Assembly (NCBI GenBank): GCA_044228065.1
Contig: JBGAVP010000011.1
Location: 26,521 to 90,520 of the forward strand
Reading direction: 5' to 3'
DNA: 64,000 nucleotides
Source: Chitinophagales bacterium
GTDB taxonomy: Bacteria; Bacteroidota; Bacteroidia; Chitinophagales; LD1
The notes under the pieces are model-generated. The model was not told where the DNA came from, ran no database searches, and saw only the letters and a program-made list of their open reading frames with translations. The translations under genes and the position numbers were made by a program. Positions within the stretch are counted from its first letter, which is position 1; each line of letters begins with the position of its first letter. This document shows, piece by piece, positions 1 through 9,458 of this stretch.

Positions 1-509
1 ATGGGCAGGTATTAAGTAGATTGGCAACTTATTTGGATGCGAAAAATATACTGGAATTAGGAACCTCACTGGGCATAGGCACTGCTTATCTTGCACTATC
101 GGTGCCGCATTCCTCCGTTATTTCTATTGAGGGCAGTCCTTCAATTGCAGATACTGCGCGTACAAATTTAAACACCTTGGGCATTCAAAATGCTACCGTC
201 CTTACAGGAAATTTCGATGCTGTTTTGCCTGAAATACTACCACCCCACAGTAAATTTGATTTGATATACATAGATGGGAACCATCGATATGAGCCCACTC
301 TACGGTATTATCATTTACTGAAGAATAACATTACAGAAAATGGTTGTATCGTTTTGGATGATATCTATTGGAGCAAAGAAATGACGAAAGCCTGGCAGGA
401 AATAAAGCAAGATACCAACAACACGCTCACTCTAGATATTTACAGAATGGGCTTCGTATTTTTTGGAAAAGAAAAACTAGCGAAGGAAGATTTTGTATTG
501 AGGTATTAA
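1..509 (+). CDS. class I SAM-dependent (O-)methyltransferase, 5' end outside window
   Basis: Frame 3 is open from base 3 with no stop before the TTG at 21, so the gene starts upstream. SAM-binding loop ILELGTSLGIGTAYLA and DLIYIDGNHRYEPT motif are typical of COG4122-like methyltransferases. Confidence 0.75.
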   Translation, partial: GQVLSRLATYLDAKNILELGTSLGIGTAYLALSVPHSSVISIEGSPSIADTARTNLNTLGIQNATVLTGNFDAVLPEILPPHSKFDLIYIDGNHRYEPTLRYYHLLKNNITENGCIVLDDIYWSKEMTKAWQEIKQDTNNTLTLDIYRMGFVFFGKEKLAKEDFVLRY

Positions 510-532
510 AACCTCCTGAAGAATCGCTCGGA

Positions 533-991
533 TTAAAACTTATGTTTTATCCAACTCATTACATCTATATCGAACACAAAGTACGGTACAAACAAAACGA
601 TAGACCAAAAGGCACAAGCCAGCAACATGCTGGTAACTACTTTGCGTTTATTGGTGGTCATATCCAGCGCAAACAAAACACCAATAGGTATAGATAAAAT
701 AATAGGGGTAATAAAGGCAATTCCGCCCAAACCAAAGGTTCTCTTAATTTTTACTAAGAATCGTGTACGACCAGAAAAGCGTTTGTTTAAAGAAGGGTAT
801 TTCAAAAAAATCCAAGTTCTTATATACTCCCCCAAATAAGTAAAAATGATAATGCCTATCATTCCTCCCAAAACATTGGCAATAGTGCCGTCTACTCCTA
901 AATCTGCTGTAATCACTGCAGAAGCACCCAACGCAAACTTTACGGTAGAACTCAAAAAAACCAAAATGTCGGAGAGTATATCTTGTATCAT
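533..991 (-). CDS. small integral membrane protein (about 4 hydrophobic helices), function unknown
   Basis: 152-aa ORF with ATG start (cat at 989-991). Hydrophobic segments GMIGIIIFTYLG, IAFITPIILSIPIGVLFAL and LLACAFWSIVLFVPYFVF. The overlapping plus-strand ORFs look spurious. Confidence 0.55.
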   Translation of the reverse strand: MIQDILSDILVFLSSTVKFALGASAVITADLGVDGTIANVLGGMIGIIIFTYLGEYIRTWIFLKYPSLNKRFSGRTRFLVKIKRTFGLGGIAFITPIILSIPIGVLFALDMTTNKRKVVTSMLLACAFWSIVLFVPYFVFDIDVMSWIKHKF

Positions 992-1073
992 TTTTTTAGC
1001 GAAGTCTAAATTAGTAAATAGTACGGATACTTTTACAAATAGTTTTCTTTTAACTTATTTTTTTACAAGGCAC

Positions 1074-1112
1074 TCTAAAATAAAAATGGCTCCTATAGAA
1101 TGGGAGCCATTT
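1074..1112 (-). terminator. rho-independent terminator of the DksA-like gene
   Basis: Perfect 10-bp stem aaatggctcc (1084-1093) / ggagccattt (1103-1112). It is followed on the minus strand by a T-run (plus-strand aaaataaaaa, 1074-1083), 23 nt past the stop. Confidence 0.6.
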
Positions 1113-1134
1113 TCAACTATTGTCTATGCTAATG

Positions 1135-2379
1135 TTAGTCTTCTAATCCGAAACCTTCTCCTTCTGAACCCATGTGGGCAGAAGAACCTGATTGAGGTGT
1201 GTGCACATCCTCCCCTCCTTTGCGTTGGTTTTTAGCTTCTACACTTAAGGTAGCGTGAGGCACTATTCTTAATCTGTTTTTCTCTATTAACTTTCCAGTA
1301 GCTCTGCAAATACCATAGGTTTTATTTTCGATACGCACCAATGCCATTTCTAAATCTCTTATAAATTTATTTTGACGCGCTATTTGGTTCATTAAATACT
1401 CCATTTCTGAAGTATCAGAACCTTCTTCCATATTCCAAGATTTGTTTCCAACTTGGCTCTCGGTGTGGTTTTCCAAACCTTCTTTCAGGTTCTTTAACTC
1501 TTCGCGAGCGGTTTCTAATTTCTTATCGATAATACCCTTAAATTCCTTTAAGTCTTCATCGCTATAGCGCTGAGTAGTTAAATTAAATTTAGGCTCGTCT
1601 TTCTTCACTTCAAGTTTAGGAATTGTAATTAATGCTTTTGGAGGTAAATCTTTCTTTACAAATTTAACTTTAGGAGCCTTCGCTACTTTTACCTTTTTCT
1701 CTTTCTTAAGTGCTACTAGAGTTTCTTTTATTTCTAATGGCAAATCTTCTAATTCAACTTCACTTTTTGATTTAGGGGATGGTTTTGCAGCTTCTTTTTT
1801 CTTGCTCAATGGCTTTGCGATGGGTTTAGCTGCTTTTACAATAACTTTCTTTTCAGGTGCTGGCTTGGTTACTTTCTTTTTAGAAATAGCTGCTACTTTT
1901 TTCTTAGCAACTGGTTTCACGGCTTTAGCAACTGGTTTAACTACCTTCTTAACCTCTTTTTTCTTAGCAACTGGTTTCACTTTTTTTACTACTGGCTTGG
2001 CTGCCTTTTTTACTACTTTAGTTGGCTTAACAACTTTTTTCGCCAAAGGTTTAGCTGCCTTTTTAGCTACCGGTTTTACCGCTTTTTTGGCTACTACCTT
2101 TACTACTTTCTTAGCAACTGGTTTTGATTTAGCTACTACTTTAGGAGCAGGTTTTACCACTTTTTTAGCAACTACTTTCACCGCTTTCTTTGCAACTGGC
2201 TTAGCCTTGGCTTTTGCTTTTACAGCAGGTTTAGCAGCTTTTTTGGAGACTACCTTTACTACTTTTTTTGCTTTAGAAATTACCTTAGGAGCAGGTTTTG
2301 CTGCCGGCTTTGCCTTCTTAGCAACCGGTTTGGGTGTAGAAACAGATTTCTTCTTTACTGCTTTGTTTGCCTTTGCCAT
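1135..2379 (-). CDS. DksA/TraR-family protein with long N-terminal Lys/Ala/Pro/Val-rich histone-H1-like extension
   Basis: The C-terminal 149 aa carry the Bacteroidota DksA/TraR signature (RYSDEDLKEFKGII..., FIRDLEMALVRIENKTYGICRATGKLIEKNRLRIVPHATLSVEAK). ATG start MAKANKAVKKK at 2379; the ORF-track start at 2454 is an upstream alternative codon. The N-terminal ~265 aa are KPVAKK/VVK-type repeats. Confidence 0.8.
   Translation of the reverse strand: MAKANKAVKKKSVSTPKPVAKKAKPAAKPAPKVISKAKKVVKVVSKKAAKPAVKAKAKAKPVAKKAVKVVAKKVVKPAPKVVAKSKPVAKKVVKVVAKKAVKPVAKKAAKPLAKKVVKPTKVVKKAAKPVVKKVKPVAKKKEVKKVVKPVAKAVKPVAKKKVAAISKKKVTKPAPEKKVIVKAAKPIAKPLSKKKEAAKPSPKSKSEVELEDLPLEIKETLVALKKEKKVKVAKAPKVKFVKKDLPPKALITIPKLEVKKDEPKFNLTTQRYSDEDLKEFKGIIDKKLETAREELKNLKEGLENHTESQVGNKSWNMEEGSDTSEMEYLMNQIARQNKFIRDLEMALVRIENKTYGICRATGKLIEKNRLRIVPHATLSVEAKNQRKGGEDVHTPQSGSSAHMGSEGEGFGLED
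1585..2379 (-). repeat. degenerate in-frame tandem repeats encoding (A/V)KKxxKP-type basic low-complexity tail
   Basis: Recurring DNA words such as ttcttagcaactggtttcac (1901-1920, 1961-1980) and ttagcaactggttt. Translation is about half Lys with Ala/Pro/Val. The mirror ORF 1802-2416 (+) is an artefact of this composition. Confidence 0.7.
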
Positions 2380-2476
2380 GTTTAAAAAATTTTTAGCGAG
2401 GTTAGCTAATTTTTGAATTACAATTACTTGCACGTGATTAAATTGAAGTTGCAAAAATACTGTAAAATTTCATTTA

Positions 2477-3178
2477 TTATAATCCTAATTTTTGACGCAT
2501 TTCTTCCTTATAAACTTTTCCAATGGGAAAGGTAGAATTATCGGTAAGCGTCACCAAATTTCCACTTACTGATTTTATTAATGAAGCATTTATAATATAC
2601 GATTTATGAATACGTATAAAACGATCTTTCGGCAACATTTTTTCTAGGTTTTTCAATGCTTCCAGCGTTACTACAAAATTACTTCCTAAAATAAACTTTA
2701 CGTATTCCCCGAAGCCTTCTATGTATTTGATTTCGTCTAAATTTATTTTTACATGTTTGTAATCTGATTTTACAATAATGTAATTCGGTTTCTCTGAAAG
2801 TTCCGTTTGATCTTGATGTTTGTAGACCAAATAGGCCTTTGCCCGCTCTACCGCATGACTAAACCGATCAAAGGAAAACGGCTTTACTAAATAATCTACT
2901 ACATCTAAATTAAAGGCATCTAAAGCCATATCATGATTGGCAGTGGTAATGATGGTAACGGGCTTTTTATCTAACTTCTGGAGTAACTCTATACCTGTCA
3001 TACCTGGCATTTGAATATCCAGAAACATTAAATCTATTTGCTCTCTGTTTAAAACTTCCAGCGCTTCCTGCGCACTACTGCACTTTGCTACCAATTCGCA
3101 TTCAGAAAGTTTCAAAGTGAAGTTTTCCAAAATTTTAAGGGATGGAAACTCATCGTCTACCAGTAGTGTCTTAATCAT
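2477..3178 (-). CDS. LytTR-family response regulator
   Basis: Receiver domain (LLVDDE, DLMFLDIQMPGMTG, KPF) plus a C-terminal LytTR DNA-binding domain (IKYIEGFGEYVKF..., FIRIHKSYIIN). Sits directly downstream of its kinase. Confidence 0.9.
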   Translation of the reverse strand: MIKTLLVDDEFPSLKILENFTLKLSECELVAKCSSAQEALEVLNREQIDLMFLDIQMPGMTGIELLQKLDKKPVTIITTANHDMALDAFNLDVVDYLVKPFSFDRFSHAVERAKAYLVYKHQDQTELSEKPNYIIVKSDYKHVKINLDEIKYIEGFGEYVKFILGSNFVVTLEALKNLEKMLPKDRFIRIHKSYIINASLIKSVSGNLVTLTDNSTFPIGKVYKEEMRQKLGL

Positions 3179-3209
3179 AGAATTGCAATTTTAGTGAAGC
3201 TAATAAGTT

Positions 3210-4265
3210 TTATAATGTCAATGGAATTTTCATGGCAGCCGTAAAGGAATCTTTTGCTTCTGTAAATTTAATTTGCCCCGAAGGCTCGTAATTAATACTA
3301 AAACGTCTTTTTAAATTTTCAATTCCTATACCCCCTGGTCCTGAAGAAGGCTCCTTTATGGGAGATTTGCTGTTCTTAACACTGAAATAAATGTAAGAAT
3401 TTCTGGCTACACAACTTATTTCGATAAATGCTTTTTTATTGACACTAAAATCACCATGCTTAAAGGCGTTTTCGATTAAGGGCGTAAAAAGATTGGGTAC
3501 TACTACCTTATCTTTTAAATCTCCTTTTACTTCAAACACTACATTTATTTTTTCAGAAAACTTGAGTTGAAACAATTCTAATAAAGATTCAATACATTTT
3601 ACTTCGCTTTCTAGTTTTACTTTCGGTTGATTGCAGTCATAGAGCATATACCTAAGTAACTCAGAAAGTTTCAATATCATTTCGGGAGTTTTAGGAGAAT
3701 TCTCTAATGACAAGGAGTAGATATTGTTAATACTATTAAATAAAAAGTGAGGGTTTATCTGCTCCCTTAAAAACTTTAATTCTGCTTCAAATTTGATGGC
3801 TTTTAGTTCTAGCAATTCTTTCTCAAAATAGTACCGTGACATTGACATTTTCAGCAGTGTGCTGAGCAGTAAGAATATCATACAAGTAATGGCAATTAAC
3901 ACGATGTATCGCACATTGTAGGTGTACAATTTTATATCCTCGGGCACTTTAAAAAAACCAACTTCAATGATGTATTGCAGCGAAGTAGCCAAAACTGACA
4001 TCCCTATCATGGCAAACATAAAAGCACGAAAATCGCCCCGCTCAAAGTACTCAGGCATAATCCATAAAAAATTGATGTAAAACACCAATGCATTAAAAAC
4101 TACAATCAAAAGATTTCGCTGAATGGCATAATAAAGAGGCAAAGATTGGGTACTAATAAAAGTAAGCAATGCAAAATACAACACCCAAAAAATAAGGTGC
4201 ATCAGCACATTTAAACTACTCGGTCGAATTCGATTTAGACTATCACTTAAAGATATCTTATTCAT
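3210..4265 (-). CDS. sensor histidine kinase, LytS/YehU type
   Basis: N-terminal multi-TM region, His_kinase motif QINPHFLFNSINNIYSL and a C-terminal HATPase region (LIENAFKHG, GIGIENLKRR). Paired with the LytTR regulator. Confidence 0.85.
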   Translation of the reverse strand: MNKISLSDSLNRIRPSSLNVLMHLIFWVLYFALLTFISTQSLPLYYAIQRNLLIVVFNALVFYINFLWIMPEYFERGDFRAFMFAMIGMSVLATSLQYIIEVGFFKVPEDIKLYTYNVRYIVLIAITCMIFLLLSTLLKMSMSRYYFEKELLELKAIKFEAELKFLREQINPHFLFNSINNIYSLSLENSPKTPEMILKLSELLRYMLYDCNQPKVKLESEVKCIESLLELFQLKFSEKINVVFEVKGDLKDKVVVPNLFTPLIENAFKHGDFSVNKKAFIEISCVARNSYIYFSVKNSKSPIKEPSSGPGGIGIENLKRRFSINYEPSGQIKFTEAKDSFTAAMKIPLTL

Positions 4266-4412
4266 GCCCCAAATTTATTCATATTTAACTGAAAGCAAAT
4301 CTACAGTAAAGCTCTTTGATTGATTAAATAGATTGTTTGTTGATTTTATTGAAGCGATGCAGTGCAATTGCAGTATTTCAAAAAAATAACAAGTTCTACT
4401 TATCCGAAATTG

Positions 4413-4444
4413 GCAAAAAAAAACGCCAACTATGAGCTGGCGTT
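4413..4444 (-). terminator. rho-independent terminator of queA
   Basis: Stem aacgcca (4422-4428) / tggcgtt (4438-4444). The plus-strand A9 run 4415-4423 gives a T-run on the minus strand, 25 nt past the queA stop. Confidence 0.6.
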
Positions 4445-4468
4445 GGGATATTTTTATTGGGTAATGAT

Positions 4469-5518
4469 TTATAAAATCAACATGGCATCGCCATACGTAA
4501 GAAACTTGTATTTTTCTTTAATAGCTGTTTCGTATGCTTTCATAATTAAATCGTATCCACCAAACGCAGCCGCCATAATCATTAGACTAGACTTAGGAGA
4601 ATGGAAATTCGTAATCATAGAATTGGCAATTTCAAAATCGTAAGGGGGATGTATAAATAGATTGGTCCAACCTTTATAAGGAGTTAAATAACCATTGGCA
4701 GATACCGATGATTCAATAGCTCTGGAAGTAGTTGTACCTATTGCACAAATTCTTTTGTTTTCATCTTTTGCTTTATTTACAATCTTGGCAGCTTTGTCCA
4801 ATATTTCAATAAACTCTGCATCCGTTTTATGTTTCGAAAGATCTTCTACATCTATGGTTCTAAATGTACCCAAACCAGTGTGCAAAGTTACTTCTGCTAA
4901 TTCAATTCCTTTAATTTCAAACTTCTTTAAAAGCTCTCTGCTAAAATGTAAACCAGCCGTAGGAGCAGCTACGGCACCTTCGTTCCGAGCATACACGGTT
5001 TGATAACGCTCTTCATCACTTTTTTCTACATTTCTTTTGATAGTTCTAGGCAGTGGAGTTTCGCCCATGCTGTATAATACTCGTTTGAACTTATCGTAAT
5101 CGCCATCAAATAAAAAGCGAATGGTTCTACCTCTAGAAGTAGTGTTATCTACCACCTCTGCTATCAACTCATCATTTTGTCCAAAGTACAATTTATTACC
5201 TACCCGAATCTTACGAGCTGGGTCTACCAATACATCCCACAAAAATGCGTCCTTGTTTAGTTCGCGTAAAAGAAATACTTCGATTTTGGCACCCGTTTTT
5301 TCTTTCATGCCATACATACGAGCAGGAAACACTTTGGTGTTGTTTAAAATCAAAACATCCCCATCGTCAAAATATTTAAGAGAATCTTTAAAAACTTTGT
5401 GTTCAATCTTTCCCGTTTTGCGGTGAACTACCATTAATCGAGCCTCATCGCGATTGGGCGCAGGGTATAGAGCAGCTAATTCCTTAGGAAGGTTAAAGTT
5501 AAAACTGGATAATTTCAT
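4469..5518 (-). CDS. queA: S-adenosylmethionine:tRNA ribosyltransferase-isomerase
   Basis: Full-length match to the QueA pattern: [47 protein letters not shown] and [11 protein letters not shown] at 5518 (cat 5516-5518). Confidence 0.93.
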   Translation of the reverse strand: MKLSSFNFNLPKELAALYPAPNRDEARLMVVHRKTGKIEHKVFKDSLKYFDDGDVLILNNTKVFPARMYGMKEKTGAKIEVFLLRELNKDAFLWDVLVDPARKIRVGNKLYFGQNDELIAEVVDNTTSRGRTIRFLFDGDYDKFKRVLYSMGETPLPRTIKRNVEKSDEERYQTVYARNEGAVAAPTAGLHFSRELLKKFEIKGIELAEVTLHTGLGTFRTIDVEDLSKHKTDAEFIEILDKAAKIVNKAKDENKRICAIGTTTSRAIESSVSANGYLTPYKGWTNLFIHPPYDFEIANSMITNFHSPKSSLMIMAAAFGGYDLIMKAYETAIKEKYKFLTYGDAMLIL

Positions 5519-5770
5519 AATATGTGGGTTTTGAATTTTACGGAACTCAAAATGAAAAATCAAAAGGCTGAATTTTCGGAGTGCAAGAATAGTCTTTAAT
5601 ATTCATTTAGAAAAATAAAAAATGCTAAAAGTAGAAACCAGAATGAAACTATCTTATTTCTATTAACTTATGAATAAAGCCAGGGAATTTCAATGGCATA
5701 AAATGAAACCCTATCCTATTTTTAGTAAATTCTAGCTTCAATTAATCAAAGAAAATTAGTTTTGCACTTC

Positions 5771-7051
5771 ATGCAGATTTTATTCAAAATATTTTCACAA
5801 AGTCTTCGATTATCCTACGAAGAAATTGTTTCCTCCAAACTACGCTCCTTCCTTTCTTTGTTGGGAATAAGTATCGGTATTTTATGTGTTATTTCTGTTC
5901 GAACTGCCGTTAATTCTTTAGAAAAGAATATTAAAGATGGCTTTGATTCTTTCGGTACCGATATTTTATATGTTCAAAAATGGCCTTTGATTTGGACGGA
6001 TGAAAACAATTACCCTTGGTGGCGCTATTTCAATAGACCAGTCGTAAATTACAAGGAACTGAAACAATTACAGGAAAATGTTCAAAGTGCAGATGCTATG
6101 GCTTTAGTAAATTTTGCTGGTGGCAAAACGGTAAAATATGAAGACCGAATTGCCGAAAATGTAAACATGACAGGAGCTACCTATGATTATAACAAAATCA
6201 AGGATATGGAGTTTGTACAGGGAAGGTATTTTACGGCATCGGAAGCCGACCATCCTACTTATGTCTGCATTTTAGGTTCCAATATAGCAGCCTCACTTTT
6301 TGAGGGAAGAACACAAATAGAAGGAGAGGACATACGACTGCAAGGAGTCAAGTTAAAAGTAATAGGGGTATTTAAAAAAGAGGGAGAAAATATTTTAGGA
6401 TGGACATTAGATAATATGATTCTAATCCCCTATTCCATATTATCTAATTTCACTAATGTATCCAATGGTGGAGGCGGTGACCCTTTAATATCTGTAAAAC
6501 CAAAGCTGGGAGTACAAATGGAAGAGTTGCGTTACGAATTGAAAGGAGCAATGCGCTCTATAAGAAGAATATCTCCTAAACAAGATGATAATTTTGCTAT
6601 TAATCAAATGAGTGTCATTACAGATGGTATATCTGGAATATTTTCGATTGTAGGAATTGCAGGATGGATTATAGGTATCTTTTCCATATTAGTAGGTGGT
6701 TTTGGTATTGCCAATATTATGTTTGTATCTGTAAAAGAAAGAACTAATATCATCGGAATTAAAAAAGCACTAGGAGCAAAACAGGCCTATATTTTAATGG
6801 AGTTTTTATTGGAAGCTGTAATGTTGTGTCTATTAGGAGGCTTGATGGGTTTAAGTTTAGTATTACTCCTTACTTCTATTGCCAATTATGTATTACTACA
6901 CTTTTTAGAATCGAGTTTCACCTTCTATCTTACAGCTTCTAATGTATTGTTAGGTGTAAGTATTTCAGTTATTATTGGAATTATAGCAGGATTTATTCCA
7001 GCATACCAAGCATCAAAGATGCGACCAGTAGACGCAATCAGAGGAAATTAA
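5771..7051 (+). CDS. ABC transporter permease, MacB/FtsX family
   Basis: N-terminal TM helix, MacB-like periplasmic domain, and C-terminal FtsX 4-helix domain (IGIKKALGAKQAYILMEFLLEAVML..., IPAYQASKMRPVDAIRG). ATG at 5771. Confidence 0.85.
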   Translation: MQILFKIFSQSLRLSYEEIVSSKLRSFLSLLGISIGILCVISVRTAVNSLEKNIKDGFDSFGTDILYVQKWPLIWTDENNYPWWRYFNRPVVNYKELKQLQENVQSADAMALVNFAGGKTVKYEDRIAENVNMTGATYDYNKIKDMEFVQGRYFTASEADHPTYVCILGSNIAASLFEGRTQIEGEDIRLQGVKLKVIGVFKKEGENILGWTLDNMILIPYSILSNFTNVSNGGGGDPLISVKPKLGVQMEELRYELKGAMRSIRRISPKQDDNFAINQMSVITDGISGIFSIVGIAGWIIGIFSILVGGFGIANIMFVSVKERTNIIGIKKALGAKQAYILMEFLLEAVMLCLLGGLMGLSLVLLLTSIANYVLLHFLESSFTFYLTASNVLLGVSISVIIGIIAGFIPAYQASKMRPVDAIRGN

Positions 7052-7160
7052 ATTATTTTTTTAACATTATAAAAATTCCTAACCTAATTGAAAACAAGGT
7101 AGTTACATCTTCATTGTTCAAAAACTCTTTACGGAATCTAAATATAAAAGTTTCAAAAAT

Positions 7161-7190
7161 TTGACTTTTTTTTATAGTTTGTCTATTTTG
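7161..7190 (+). promoter_or_regulatory. candidate promoter of the collagen-like gene with a T8 tract in the spacer
   Basis: TTG (7161-7163), a 20-nt spacer containing tttttttt (7166-7173), then tattttg (7184-7190). The last element is one T short of TAnnTTTG. Confidence 0.3.
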
Positions 7191-7212
7191 CACGCCAATT
7201 AACAATCAGATA

Positions 7213-9356
7213 TTGAATATGAAAAAAAATCTCCTATTAACCATTTTTGCTGCTAGCTTATTGCAAATAGCTCATGGGCAAAACAATGTTGGTATCGGTA
7301 CTTTGACTCCAAATAGCTCTGCTGTATTGGATTTGGTAGCCAAAGATAAAGGTTTCTTAGCACCTCGTGTTACTACTTCAGAAAGAACTGCTATAACCAC
7401 TTCTGCTTTGACAGATGGTTTGTTAGTTTATGATACCGATTTTCAATGTTTCTTTTATTGGAAAGCCACCAGTACTTCTTGGGTAAGTTTATGTCAAGCT
7501 GGTGGACAAGGAGCGACTGGAGCTACAGGAGCAAATGGTAATGATGGAGCTACAGGTCCTCAAGGAGCGACAGGCAATGACGGAGCAACTGGTAATGACG
7601 GAGCTACAGGTCCTCAAGGAGCGACAGGTAATAATGGAGCGACTGGAGCTACAGGAGCAAATGGTAATGATGGAGCTACAGGTCCTCAAGGAGCGACAGG
7701 TAATGATGGAGCTACTGGAGCACAAGGAGCAACAGGTAATGACGGAGCTACAGGTCCTCAAGGAGCGACAGGCAATGACGGAGCGACTGGCGCCCAAGGA
7801 GCAACTGGTAATGACGGAGCTACAGGTCCTCAAGGAGCGACAGGTAATAATGGAGCTACTGGAGCACAAGGAGCAACAGGTAATGATGGAGTTACAGGTC
7901 CTCAAGGAGCAACTGGAAATGTGGGAGCTACTGGTCCTCAAGGATTACAAGGAGTAACTGGTGCAACTGGACAAGTTGGTCCTCAAGGCCCACAGGGACC
8001 ACAAGGTCCCTCAAGGAGCTACGGGGTGCTAATGGAGCAACAGGCGCGGAGCAACTGGACAAGCTGGTCCACAACTGGAAATGTGGGAGTTACAGGTCCT
8101 CAAGGATTACAAGGAGTAACAGGAGCTGACGGAGCAACTGGACAAGTTGGTCCACAAGGCCCTCAAGGACCACAAGGCCCTCAAGGAGCAACTGGTAATA
8201 ATGGAGCAACAGGCGCACAAGGTGCAACTGGAAATGTGGGAGCTACTGGTCCTCAAGGATTACAAGGAGTAACTGGAGCTAACGGAGCTACTGGACAAGT
8301 TGGTCCACAAGGCCCTCAGGGACCACAAGGTCCTCAAGGAGCTACGGGTGCTAATGGAGCAACAGGCGCACAAGGTGCAACTGGAAATGTGGGAGCTACA
8401 GGTCCTCAAGGATTACAAGGAGTAACTGGTGCTAACGGAGCAACAGGCGCTCGAGGTGCAACTGGAAATGTTGGAGCTACTGGTCCTCAAGGATTACAAG
8501 GAGTAACAGGAGCTAACGGTGCTACTGGACAAGTTGGTCCGCAAGGTCCTCAGGGACCACAAGGACCTCAAGGGTTACAAGGGAATAACAGGCGGAGCAG
8601 GTATCGCAAATGTTTGTGCTGCTGCAACTGGAAATGTGGGAGCTGAAATTCAGGAGTAACTGGTTAAGTGGACAAGTTGGTCCTTCTAATGGAAGCAATG
8701 CTTCTATGTGTAATACCATTATTACTAATGGAGCAACAGGCGCACAAGGTGATGATGGAACCAATGTTGGTATCGGCAAAACGAACCCATCTGAAAAATT
8801 AGATGTAGCTGGAAATGTACGTTTCAGTGGTGCTTTAATGCCCAATAACTTACCGGGAACTTCAGGTCAGATTTTGATTTCTCAAGGGGCTGGAGTTGCT
8901 CCTATTTGGTCTTCTCCATCTAATGTAATTCAAACTTATGCATCTGCTACCGCTCAGCGTACATTAATTAATAGTACAACTTATACAAATGTTACTAATC
9001 TAACTGTTACTTTTACATTAACGAAAGCAGCATATGTATACATATTTTCTACTGGAGCATTAGAAACAAGATCACAGGCATTTGGCGGGTCCGGTTGTTT
9101 GGTAGCCATCTTTAGAGGGGCTACTCAAATACTAAATGGTACACAAGTAATGGATGTAGATGATGCGTCTGGCTGGAATGGTACAATAGATGGGTGGGCT
9201 ATTATTACAACCGAAACTTTACCAGCTGGTACATATACGTATACTGTAAAGGCAGCGAAATATAACTTTGATGATTTCTATGCAGGTGGAAATACGACTG
9301 CTCCTGCTGCTTACCAAAACAATGGTTCTTTAGTAGTACAGGTTTTCTATCAATAA
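7213..9356 (+). pseudogene. collagen-like (Gly-X-Y) repeat secreted protein with beta-rich C-terminal head, reading frame interrupted
   Basis: Signal peptide [20 protein letters not shown] and N-terminal [19 protein letters not shown] motif, followed by about 1.1 kb of GXY codons. The stalk ORF stops at 8644-8646. The head domain continues in frame 0 from about 8670 to 9356 (GATGAQGDDGTNVGIGKTNPSEKLDVAGNV...). Frame hops occur at 8008-8077 and 8581-8670. Confidence 0.75.
7501..8580 (+). repeat. tandem 9/36/~150-nt repeats encoding Gly-X-Y triplets
   Basis: [12 protein letters not shown] units (36 nt) span 7501-7960. Longer units [39 protein letters not shown] span 7915-8580. Other frames are also open here (7489-7941 minus, 7502-7957 plus), which is a composition artefact. 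Confidence 0.9.
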
Positions 9357-9377
9357 AAAAATATTAGTTTCATTTCA

Positions 9378-9412
9378 AAGGCTGTTAGTAGAAATATTAA
9401 CAGCCTTTTTTT
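9378..9412 (+). terminator. rho-independent terminator after the collagen-like gene
   Basis: 10-bp stem aaggctgtta (9378-9387) / taacagcctt (9398-9407) followed by a T-run to 9412. Confidence 0.65.
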
Positions 9413-9458
9413 ATGCTAAAAAGTATAGTTTTGATTTTTAAATTTTGTACATTTTTGC

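Noticed and set aside
368-1235. Overlapping ORFs 368-697 (+), 627-839 (+) and 846-1235 (+)
   Set aside because: They overlap the methyltransferase 3' end or lie antisense to the 533-991 membrane-protein gene and the terminator. They have low-complexity or improbable composition and no start context.
1802-2416. 204-aa plus-strand ORF (G/L/A/T/F-rich) opposite the DksA-like gene
   Set aside because: It is the reverse-complement reading of the Lys/Ala/Pro/Val repeat (AAG/GCA/AAA codons read as CTT/TGC/TTT). It has no start context or motif. The minus-strand gene ends in a recognisable DksA/TraR domain.
7489-7957. Long ORFs in other frames and on the other strand across the collagen repeats (7489-7941 minus, 7502-7957 plus, 8522-8845 minus)
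   Set aside because: Gly-X-Y coding repeats lack stop codons in several frames. The translations ([10 protein letters not shown]..., [13 protein letters not shown]...) are periodic artefacts. Only the GXY frame connects to a signal peptide and a folded C-terminal domain.
7501-8580. Could the regular short repeats be a CRISPR array or other spacer-repeat structure?
   Set aside because: The periodicity is 9 nt and multiples, with no unique spacers. It lies in a coding frame with Gly at every third codon, and no cas genes are present in the window.
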